Assembly (NCBI GenBank): GCA_963847445.1
Contig: CAWJZV010000030.1
Coordinates: forward strand, 160,001 to 224,000
DNA: 64,000 bases
Reading direction: 5' to 3'
DNA from: an uncultured delta proteobacterium
Lineage (GTDB): Bacteria > Desulfobacterota > Binatia > UBA9968
Shown piece by piece: positions 51,474-61,204 of this stretch. The notes under the pieces are model-generated. The model did no database searches. It was given only the letters and a program-made list of their open reading frames with translations, and was not told the origin of the DNA. A program made the translations under genes and the position numbers. Within the stretch, counting starts at the first letter, position 1. The number at the start of each line of letters is the position of its first letter.

Positions 51474-52572
51474 ATGATTTTTCTCACCAACGAACAGATC
51501 GAGCAGGTCTTGGACATGAAAACCTGCATCGACGCCATGGAAGACGCCTATCGCGAGCTCAACGAGCTCAAAGCCGGCTATCGCCCGCGCATCGACTTCT
51601 ACGTGCCCAACGAGCCGCATTACTACCGCTGGGGCACCATGGAGGGCGCGTCGCGCAAGCTGGGCATGTTCGCGATTCGCATGAAGTCGGACATGCTCGC
51701 CTGGGAAAATCAGGACGGCTTCATGGTCGAAGACAAGTATTGCATGGAGCGCGGCACCTACTGCGGCTTGATCTTTCTCACCAGCACGCGCAACGGCGAG
51801 CCGCTGGCGATCATGAACGACGGCTATTTGCAGCATATGCGCGTCGGCGCCTGCGCCGGCCTTGGGACAAAATATCTCGCCCGCAAAGACGCCAAAGTCA
51901 TGGCCATGATCGGCTCCGGCGGCATGGCGCGAACCTATGCCGAAGCGATCAAACATGTCCGGCCGCTCGAAGTCATGCGCGTGTTCAGCCCGACGAAAAA
52001 GAACCGCGAAGCCTTCGCCGCCGAGATGACCGAGAAACTCGATATCGAAGTGATCGCCGTCGACTCGCCGGAGAAAGCGCTCAAAGGCGCCGATATCGTG
52101 TCGCTGACCACCGATTCGCTCGATCCCGGTGATCAAGGCCGAATGGCTGGAGCCCGGCATGCATATCAACAACGTGCGCAACAACGAAGCCGGTCCCGAC
52201 GTGCTCGCCCGCGCCGACGTGCGCGCGCGCTTGGGCACATCGACGCTGTACGCCGACCGCAACGCGCCCGAGGTCGTCACCGGCAGCGACGGTATGTTCG
52301 GCTTCATCGCCGGCAGCCCGGATGAAAAGCAGAAAATCCCTTCGTCGCCGCACCATGAGATCGACAACCCCAACATCGGCACGGTCCCCGACATCATGGC
52401 CGGCAAATGGATCGGCCGCGCCAACGACCAACAAGTCACCTTCTTGAACAACCAAGGCACCCAGGGGTTGCAATTTGCCGCCGTCGGCGGCACGGCGTAT
52501 AACTTAGCCAAGGCCAAAGGGTTAGGCCATCCGATGCCTTTGGAATGGTTCACGCAAAACATACGAGATTGA
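51474..52572 (+). CDS. Ornithine cyclodeaminase / mu-crystallin family (frameshift near 52128)
   Basis: GEPLAIM, MRVGA, IGSGGMAR, GADIV; WLEPGMH, QGLQFAAVG. Confidence 0.83.
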
Positions 52573-52661
52573 GAATAATGGAGTGATGGAGTACTGGAGT
52601 GTTGGGTAGATTCGGAATACCGACCCACTACTCCATTACTCCACTGACTCCATGACTCCAA
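52570..52661. repeat. Family B 8-bp-unit palindrome
   Basis: ggagtgat-ggagtact-ggagtgtt...ctactcca-ttactcca-ctgactcca-tgactcca. Confidence 0.75.
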
Positions 52662-52681
52662 TCCCGACCCGGAGGACTCCC

Positions 52682-53477
52682 ATGGCAACACTACGCTACG
52701 TCGCTTATCTCGCCGAAGATCCCGCGAAGCTGGTCGATTTTTACCAGCGCTTTCTCGGCACCGAAGAACTGGGGCGAACCCCCGAAGGCGACATCACCAT
52801 CACCGACGGCTTTTATAATTTAACCTTTTTCAAGAACCGCCCGGAGCTGGGCGAGATGCAAATGAACAACGGCCTGCACCATATCGGCGTGCAGGTCGAC
52901 GATCTCGAAGAAGTGAAAGGGCGATTTTTAAGATTGAATCCCGCGCGGCATGATCATCCAGGAGGCGAACGATTTGCAGCATGGCCAAATTCGCTTGCAC
53001 GACCCGGAATGCCGGCCGGTCACGGTGTCGACGACGAGCTTCGGCGTGCCGGCGAGCAAAGAGAAGAAATTTCCGCGCGTGCGTCACATCGCCTACAACG
53101 CCCTCGATCCCGAAACCATGTTGCAGTTCTACACTCAGGTGCTGGGACTGCGCGAAGTGCCGTCGAGCTATCTGCGCCGCCAGCAGGGACGCGGCAATCG
53201 CTTCTGCGCCGACGGCCAAACCAATCTGGCGATTCATCCCTTTTACAGCCAGGTCGAAGGCCACGAAGCCAAGTACGGCATCAACCATATCGGCTTTTTG
53301 ACCAACACCATGCAAGCGACGATGGCGGAGCTCAGCAGCGTCCTGAAAATCGCCCCGCGCCCGTCGACGCGGCCCTACGCCGAGTTTCGTTTCCGCGATC
53401 TCGAAGGCAATGCGCTGGATTTATCGCAAACCAAGGGTTGGGAAGTGGACGTCGATAAGTGGGAGAGCGCGGCGTAA
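52682..53477 (+). CDS. Two-domain VOC/glyoxalase family protein (frameshift near 52948)
   Basis: FYQRFLG, GLHHIG.QVDD; RHIA, GINHIGF, FRDLEGNALDLS. Confidence 0.83.
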
Positions 53478-53582
53478 AAGATTTGTTCAAGGTTCAAGGG
53501 TTCAAAAGTTCAAGGTAAGACTCGTATCGGATGGGTGGAGCGCTGCGGTACCGATCGATTCGAAGGGTAACGGTTTAGCATT

Positions 53583-54602
53583 ATGCGGAATTTAAAAACT
53601 GTGGTTTCAATTGTTTTAGCGACTATGGTGTTCATCGCCGGCGTCGCCACAGCACAGGCATTAGCGGCATCGGCGCCGCTGGAAAAACTCACCATCGGCT
53701 GGAGCGCCATCGCCGGCTCGCAAGCGCCATTTTGGATCACCAAGGAAGCTGGGCTGTTCGAGAAGAACGGCCTCGACGTGATCATGATCTACCTCGACGG
53801 CGGGTCACGGGCCACTCAAGCGATGATGTCCGGCGATCTGCCGATCGCTCAGGTCGGCGGCAATGCGCCGGTGGTTGCCAAACTGCGCGGCGCCGATGTC
53901 ACGCTGATCGCCGGCTTACTCAATATCCTCGCCTACAGCATGGTGGTTTCACCGGAGATCAAAAAACCGGAAGACCTCCGGGGTAAAAAACTTACCGTCA
54001 GCCGCTTCGGCTCCAACTCCGATTACGCCACGCGCAAAATATTGCTTAAGTGGGGTTTGAAACCCGATGTCGACGTTGCGGTGCTACAGATACCGGGCGG
54101 CCAACCCACCCGCCTGGCAGCGATTCAATCAAAACAAGTGCATGGCATGGTGGCCCAGCCGCCGGTGACCAATCTGGCGCGCAAGTTCAATATGAATATC
54201 ATCGCCGAGCCGGAAGACTTTGGCGGCGCCTACCCGACCACGCCCGTGGCCGCGCGGATTTCGTTCATCAAGGACAAACGCGACACCGTGCGCAAATTTA
54301 CCCGTGCCCTGCTCGAAGGCATCCACCTGTACAAGACCAACAAGGAGTTCAGCAAAAAGGTCATCGGCAAATACGTCAAGACCGACGATAACGACGCCTT
54401 GGAAGACAGCTACCAGTTTTTCTCCCGCCTGGTACCGCAAAAGCCCTACCCGTCTCTCGACTCGATCAAAGAAGCCCTCGCCGAACTCGGCGAAAAAGAT
54501 CCCAAGGTGCGCGCGGCAAAAGCAGAAGACTTCGCCGACATGAGCTTGATTAAAGAATTTGACGACAATGGGTTTATCGATGGGTTGTACAAGAAGCGAT
54601 AA
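53583..54602 (+). CDS. ABC substrate-binding protein, SsuA/NMT1 type
   Basis: Signal peptide, GLFEKNGLDV, DLRGKKL.VSRFGS, KPYPS, GFIDGLY. Confidence 0.9.
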   Translation: MRNLKTVVSIVLATMVFIAGVATAQALAASAPLEKLTIGWSAIAGSQAPFWITKEAGLFEKNGLDVIMIYLDGGSRATQAMMSGDLPIAQVGGNAPVVAKLRGADVTLIAGLLNILAYSMVVSPEIKKPEDLRGKKLTVSRFGSNSDYATRKILLKWGLKPDVDVAVLQIPGGQPTRLAAIQSKQVHGMVAQPPVTNLARKFNMNIIAEPEDFGGAYPTTPVAARISFIKDKRDTVRKFTRALLEGIHLYKTNKEFSKKVIGKYVKTDDNDALEDSYQFFSRLVPQKPYPSLDSIKEALAELGEKDPKVRAAKAEDFADMSLIKEFDDNGFIDGLYKKR

Positions 54603-54640
54603 ATAATTCAATGCTTTTCCAACCGCAGGGATCACCTATC

Positions 54641-55590
54641 ATGGAGACTACGAGGCGATCTGCCAAGTGCGCTCGACGAACGAGCGCGATTCTCCGTATT
54701 ATCGGCCTCATCGCTGGCTTGGCAACGCTCGACATCGGTACTATCGGATCGGCTTACGCGCAAACATCGTCAATCCGATGAAACCCACTCCCCTCCCCGT
54801 GCAGGCTCCGGCCAAGGACGGCGTAGCGCAGCTTGACGACACCCGTCTCTGGTACTGGGACACGGGCGGACAGGGCGTGCCGATCGTGCTTCTGCATCCG
54901 GCCACAGGCAGCGCGCTGATTTGGGGCTACCAGCAGCCGGTATTCGCCAAGGCCGGCTACCGTGTCATCGCCTATTCGCGGCGCGGCTACTACAACTCCG
55001 CGCCCTTCGACCCGGAAAGTCCTGGTATCGGCTCCGAGGACCTTCGGCACCTAGCGGACACTCTGGGCCTTGGACGATTTCATATAGTCGCCTCGGCGGC
55101 TGGCGGCAGCATCGCGTCAGACTTCGCGTTCTCCTACCAGGACCGGCTCCTGAGCCTGACCATTTCCAGCAATTCCTTCGGCGTGCGCGATGGCGAGATC
55201 GCCAAGGCGGCGGCCTTCATTCGTCCTAAAGGCTGGGAGCAAATGCCGGCAGAGTTTCGCGAGCTCGGTCCGTCCTACCGTGCAGTCAACCCCGAAGGCG
55301 TCAAGGCGTGGATGGAGCTCGAACACAAGGCGCTGATCGGTAGCGAATACCGGCAAACGCTCAAGAACGAGATCACCCAGGCAAGGCTCAAGGAGCTGAA
55401 GCTGCCGACCCTGCTGATCTCCGGCGCTGCCGACATGTCGACGCCGCCGTCGATTTCGCGCATGATCGCTGCCGAGATTCCGAACAGCCGCGTGGCTCTG
55501 CTGCCCGAGGCCGGCCACTCGACCTACTGGGAACAGCCGGAGCTCTTCAATCGCGCCGTGCTCGACTTCATCACCGACCAGTCCAAATAA
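54641..55590 (+). CDS. Alpha/beta hydrolase (5' end uncertain)
   Basis: ORF 54667..55590: LLHP, YSRRGY, nucleophile elbow ASAAGG, PTLLISG..D, AGHSTYWEQP. Confidence 0.82.
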
Positions 55591-55727
55591 CCCGCGGGAG
55601 CAAACGATTAGAATCTAGCCGCCGGATTGACTCACCTTCTCGCGCGTGGCAGCGCGCAAAGCGATACTCGCCCGGATTGAGAACTAAAACCCGCAGTTAC
55701 GAATAAAGACTTCTGGTGAGATATAGC

Positions 55728-56801
55728 ATGACAACCATTGAGAACATTGAAGTTTTGGTGATGCAGCAAATGCCGGATGCGGTCCTCGACCGCATTGCCA
55801 AGGTCGATCCGCGCGTCAAAGTTGTCGATGCCAGAGGATGGTTCGACGTTGAGCTGCGCGCTACTTGGCCGCAGTGGACCGTCGACCGTTATCTTGGCTC
55901 CCGGAAATATCCTGCAACCACGTTGCGACCAGCGCAACCAAGCGCTGGCGTCGGCCGAGATCATGCTCGTGGGCTGGCCGCCGGTCAAAGATATCCGCGT
56001 TCGCGCGCCCCGACTGAAATGGGTCCATGAACTGCCAGCCGGAGCCAGCAACTTTCTCGACACCGATCTGTGGGGTTCAGATGTTATCGTGACGACTTCG
56101 CGCGGCCTTACGAATCGCCGCCCGATGGCTGAGTATGTGTTGGCTAGCTTTCTCCACTTCTCTCGCGGGCTTCATTTGAGCTACCGCGATCAACGGCGGC
56201 ACCAACTCGATCATCGACACCTACGATCCGATAATTATTCGGGACAAGACCGTTTGCGTCGTCGGCACCGGCGGTATCGGCCAGGAAGTGGCTAAACTCT
56301 GTGCTGCAGCCGGCATGCGCGTGGTCGGCACGCGGCGGGCAGTTTCCTCGGGATCTGCAGCTGCCGCCAGGCTTTGCGCCGATTGGAACCGCTCGACGCA
56401 TTGCATGAGCTGCTGCGCGAAAGTGAGTTTCGTTGCAATTTGTTGTCCATGGACGACGGAGACCACACATCTGATCGGTGCCGAAGCCTTTGCCGCAATG
56501 AAACCGGGAACAGTTTTGGTCAACATCGCGCGCGGCGAGATCATCGATGAAGAAGCTTTGATCATCGCTCTAGACCAGGGCAAACTGCGCGGCTTTGCCA
56601 CCGACGTTTACGACGGTGAATTCGAGCGCCCGCCTGATATTCGCCTGTGGGACGATGAACGCGTCGTCATCACGCCCCATGTTTCCGCGGCAACCGATAT
56701 CTCCGAGCATCGGTGGTGTGAAGTTATTCTGCGAAAACTTGCGCCGTTATCTCGCAGGACAGCCGTTGGAAAACGTCATCGACTGGCAGCGTGGCTATTG
56801 A
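55728..56801 (+). CDS. D-2-hydroxyacid dehydrogenase family (several frameshifts)
   Basis: APRLKWVH, MAEY, VVGTGGIG, TTET, LVNIARG.IIDE.AL, DV, ITPHVS. Confidence 0.83.
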
Positions 56802-56948
56802 AATTCATGCCGTAACCGGTGACGATCACCAACGAGATTCCTGCGTGAATTGGCAAGTGGTATAAAATGTCAATGGCCTGCGTCTGCCGAATGGCGAATG
56901 CAATTCGCCCCTTATCCCTTTACGCTTTACGCCTTTGGACCATGTATT

Positions 56949-57699
56949 TTACCCGACAAAATGAAACCCGCCGTCGACGTTCAGCAACTGTCCGGTCATA
57001 AAGTCGCTCTCGCTCGACGACAAAAACAGCACGGTCCCCACTAGATCGCTTTCCACCTGGGTCTTTTTCAGGCTGCGCTGCTGGGCGCGGATCTTTTCGT
57101 ACTCGGGATCGACTTGGCGGCCTTCGGTGACGACGAAGCCAGGACTCACCGAGTTGACGCAGATGTTCCAGTCGCCCAACTCTTTCGCCATCGCCCGGGT
57201 CATGGCGATGAGCGCGCCTTTTGATGTGACGTAATGAATGTAGTTCGGATTGCCGGTGAGGGCGACGTTGGAGGAGATGTTGATGATCTTGCCGCTCTTT
57301 TGCTTCATCATGTACGGCGCTGCAGCTTTGGCGCAGAGCCAGGAGCCGCGCACGTTGACCGCCATCGCTTTGTCGAACTCCTCAACGGTCATTTCCCAGA
57401 ACGGCCCCTTCCATACGCGACATGAAATAGGCCGCGTTGTTGATCAGGATATCGACGGTGCCGAACTGCTTCACGGTTTCGCGCACCATCGCCTTCACGC
57501 TCTGCTCGTTAGACACATCGCAGGCCATGCTGATCGCCGTGCCGCCCATGTCTTTGATCGTATTAACGATCTGATCCGCACTGGCGATATCGGGCAAGCT
57601 ACAACTTCGCGCCCTTCTTTGGCAAACGCCAGCGCATACGCCTTGGCGATCTTGCCGCCGCCGCCGGTGATGATCTACGGATTTATCTTTGAAACGCAT
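56949..57699 (-). CDS. Short-chain dehydrogenase/reductase, copy 2 (frameshifts)
   Basis: TGGGGKIA, NNAA, NISS, YVTSKG, MTGQLLNVDGG. Confidence 0.87.
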
Positions 57700-57711
57700 C
57701 GGAGCTCCATG

Positions 57712-57785
57712 AAGGTAAGGAGTAAGGAGTGAGGAGTGAAGAAGTTCGGATCGGAACCCCTTACTCCTTACTATTTACTCCTAAC
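57712..57785. repeat. Palindrome of 7-bp AGGAGTN units (family C)
   Basis: aggagta-aggagtg-aggagtg...ttactcc-ttactat-ttactcc-taact. Confidence 0.7.
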
Positions 57786-57791
57786 TGTTCT

Positions 57792-58538
57792 TCATCCGAC
57801 AAAATGGGCGCCGCCGTCGACGTTGAGCAGCTGGCCGGTCATGAAGTCGCTCTCCGGCGATGACAAAAACATCACGGTGCCGACCAGATCGTTCTCGACC
57901 TGGACGCGCTTGATAGCGCGATTGGCGACGCGGCTGGCATTGAACGCCGGATCGACCGCCCGACCTTCGGTGACGACGAAACCGGGACTGACCGTGTTGA
58001 CGCAGATGTTATAGTCGCCGACTTCCTTCGCCATCGCCCGGGTCATGGCGATCAGCGCGCCTTTGGAGGTCACGTAGTGGATGTAATTCTGCCCGCCGTT
58101 GAGCGCGGTGCCGGATGAGATATTGATGATCTTGCCCTTGCCCTGCTGCTTCATGTACGGGAACGCCGCCTTGGCGCACAGCCACGAGCCGCGCACGTTG
58201 ACCGCCATCGCCTTGTCGAACTCATCGACTTCCATCTCCCAGAACGGGCTTTTCTTGACGGTCATGAAATATGCAGCGTTGTTGACCAGGACATCGACGC
58301 TGCCAAATTGTTTGGCGACGTTGTCGACCATCGCCTTGACGCTCTTTTCGTCGGAAACATCGCAGGCCATGCTGATCGCCGTGCCGCCCATGTCCTGAAT
58401 CGCTTTGACGACGTGATCGGCGCTGGCGATATCCGGTAGCGCCACTTTCGCGCCTTCTTTGGCAAATCCCATCGCATAGGCTTTGCCGATCTTGCCGCCG
58501 CCGCCCGTAATAATCACCGACTTGCCTCGAAAGCGCAT
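57792..58538 (-). CDS. Short-chain dehydrogenase/reductase, copy 1
   Basis: TGGGGKIG, NNAA, NISS, YVTSKG, MTGQLLNVDGG. Confidence 0.92.
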   Translation of the reverse strand: MRFRGKSVIITGGGGKIGKAYAMGFAKEGAKVALPDIASADHVVKAIQDMGGTAISMACDVSDEKSVKAMVDNVAKQFGSVDVLVNNAAYFMTVKKSPFWEMEVDEFDKAMAVNVRGSWLCAKAAFPYMKQQGKGKIINISSGTALNGGQNYIHYVTSKGALIAMTRAMAKEVGDYNICVNTVSPGFVVTEGRAVDPAFNASRVANRAIKRVQVENDLVGTVMFLSSPESDFMTGQLLNVDGGAHFVG

Positions 58539-58559
58539 AAAGTTCTCCTTTAGCTTAGT

Positions 58560-58596
58560 TTAAGTGTCACTTAACACCCGGTCCCAAGTGTGTCAA
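58560..58596 (-). promoter_or_regulatory. Putative promoter with operator palindrome upstream of the SDR pair
   Basis: Perfect palindrome TTAAGTG-T-CACTTAA 58560-58574; TTGACA on minus strand 58596-58591. Confidence 0.45.
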
Positions 58597-58699
58597 CGAA
58601 ATCAGCCACAATCAGCCAATTGATTGACAGCAACACCACTGACTTTTATGATCGCCCCACATGTACCGATCACGCTTAGTTGATTGTTTGGCGTTGTCT

Positions 58700-58842
58700 C
58701 GAGCAAAGATATACCTGCAAGATCTCGATCGCTCCAAGCCCGGCACGCGGAATTGAACCCGCTGAGATTTGCCGGTATGGATTTGGTCAAAGAACTGGAG
58801 ACCAGCGGTTTTATCGATCGCGTCTTCGGCAAGAAATCCTGA
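58700..58842 (+). pseudogene. Relic C-terminus of an SsuA/NMT1-type binding protein
   Basis: ELNPLRFAGMDLVKELETSGFIDRVFGKKS* resembles the C-termini of intact paralogues here; no upstream coding part. Confidence 0.5.
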
Positions 58843-58861
58843 GAGAACGAGGCTGACATCC

Positions 58862-59821
58862 ATGGCTAAACTGAAACTCACCATCGCATTCGACAAGTAC
58901 GATTACCTGCAACCCTGCGCGACGGCCAGATCGAAGCCCAAGGCCTCGACTTGAACGTCATCACCGTCGAGAGCGGCATCCGCCATGAACGGATGTTCCA
59001 CTACGGCGAGTATGACGCCTGCGAGTTTTCCATGTCGTCCTATCTGGTCGCGCGCGGCCAGAGACATCGACCGGCTGCAAGCGATCCCGTTTTTCCCGCG
59101 GCGCATGTGGGGCCATAAGTTTTGCTTCATCAAGGCCGGCTCCGGCATCAAGAAGCCGTCCGATCTCAAAGGCGGCCGCATCGGCCTGCGCAGTTACGAA
59201 AACACTCTGGCTCTGGTCAGCAAAGGCATGTTGATGAACAGCTACGATCTCGGCGTCGGCGATGTCACCTGGGTGATCGTCAACAAAGAGCATGTCGGCT
59301 TCAAGCTGCCGCCTCATATCAAGGTCGAATTCGTCGAAGGCAATCGCAAGCTCGAAGATCTGCTGGTCGAAGGCAAGGTCGACGCCGAAGTCGAACCCGA
59401 CTTGCCGCAGCGCTGGATTCGCGGCGATGGCACCGTCGAGCGGCTGTTCCCGGATTTCGAGAATGAAGAACGCGCCTATTACAAAAAGACCGGCATCTTC
59501 CCGATCATGCACCCGGTCGTGATCAAGAAAGAAATCCTCGACCGCGACCCTTGGGTCGCCACGAGTTTGTACGAAGCGCTGCTCGCATCGCGCAAAGCCT
59601 ACAACGAGTTCATGGAACAGCCGCACCGGCTGAGCTTCGCCTGGGGCCGGTCATATTTGGAAGAGGAACGAAAGTTTTTTGGCAAAGATCCATTCTATCA
59701 GGGCCTGAAGGAAAACTATAACGACGTGGAGAATTTGATAAAATTCGCCGGCCAGCAAGGCATGCTCGGGCGGGACTTGAGCGTGGAAGAATTGTTTACG
59801 GAAAATACCAGAAGCACTTAG
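58862..59821 (+). CDS. 4,5-dihydroxyphthalate decarboxylase-like / periplasmic-binding-fold protein (5' frameshifts)
   Basis: LTIAFDKYD, YDACEFSMSSY, AIPFFPRR, RLFPDF, TGIFPIMHPVVI, VEELF. Confidence 0.75.
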
Positions 59822-59959
59822 ATACCACTCCATGACGATGCGAGGATGCGAAGCATTTCGACCGAATGTCGAGATGTCTCATCGCTCCACTCCTCGGAAT
59901 GACTCAATGAAGCCGATACCGACGAGTTATTTGAGACATCGAACGCATAGGAGGAAGCC

Positions 59960-61055
59960 ATGGCCGATTACCGAATCATCGACGCTGACGGGCATGTAAT
60001 GGAGCTTGACTCCGAACTGCGCGAGTTTATCGGCGCCCCTTATAACGACTTGGAGTGGCATCACAGCTATTCATTTTGGCCTGGCCTTACCATGGACGGC
60101 TTTCTCCGCTCGCTGCGCAAGAAAGGCGGCTGGGCTGGCGGCGGCACCGGGCCAAACGCTCAAGACTGGCTGCGCTTCCTCGACATCAACAAGATCGAAC
60201 TCACGGTGCTTTATCCGACTCAGGGGCTGACCCATGGAGCGATTCAGGATCATGACTGGGCGATCTGTATGGCGAGAGCCTACAACGATTGGCTTTACAA
60301 CAAGTTCATGGCGGTAAGCCCGCGGTTAGTCGGCGTCGCACTGCTACCGATTCAGGATATTGGCGAAGCAGTAAAAGAATTGCGCCGCGCCGTAACCGAA
60401 CTGGGCATGGTGGGTGCCGTGCTGCCGGCCGTCGCGCCTGGGGGCCGACTCTACAGCGGACCGGAGTTTTATCCGCTCTGGGAAGAAGCGCAGAAACTCG
60501 ACGTGCCGGTGTCGACCCACGGCGGCCTCAGCATGCCGTCCCTCGGCCTGGATGCGGTCAACAACTTTACCATCGGCCACACACTCGAACATCCCTTCGC
60601 GCAGATTCGCCAATTCACCGCGTTGATGTTCGAAGGGGTTTTCGAGCTGTTCCCCAATTTCAGATTCGGCTGCATCGAGTGCGGCGTCGGCTGGGTGCCC
60701 TACATGATGGACCGCATGGATGAAGAACAGGAACGCAAAGGCCACTACTCGCCGCGCTGCAAGTTAAAACCCAGCGAGTACGTCAAGCAAGGGCAATATC
60801 TACTTCGCCGTCGAAGTCGAAGAGTCGGCATTGCCGCTGGCCGCGCAAGTCGCCAACGACAACGCGCTCATCTGGGCCTCCGATTACCCGCACGAACGCG
60901 ACCAACGCGACTTCAGCCACGACATCCCGAACTTGATCAACCGCAAAGACGTCAGCGATGAACTGAAGCGGAAGATTTTCTGGGACAACCCGCTGCGCTT
61001 TTATCCGCGGCTGAAAGCGCGAATCGAGAGGAGTGAAAAGAAGGCCGTTGCGTAA
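59960..61055 (+). CDS. Amidohydrolase_2 family protein (frameshift near 60790)
   Basis: IDADGHVME, VLYPT, RAYNDWL, ECGVGWVP, WASDYPH. Confidence 0.87.
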
Positions 61056-61071
61056 TTTTGCGAAATTCTAT

Positions 61072-61185
61072 TTCACAACGAAGGGCACGAAGAGCACGAA
61101 GTTCGGAGTATTAAATTTCCGAACCCTTCGTGTCTTTCGTGAGCTTCGTGGTGAATAATCTTTGGTTGCGGCTCTGCTGCGCTAG
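61072..61185. repeat. cacgaag-unit palindrome (family D), uninterrupted copy
   Basis: caacgaaggg-cacgaagag-cacgaag...cttcgtgtc-tttcgtgag-cttcgtggtgaa, then ttggttgcgg tail as at 42683. Confidence 0.78.
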
Positions 61186-61204
61186 CCCTTTGCGGCTAAT
61201 TTTC

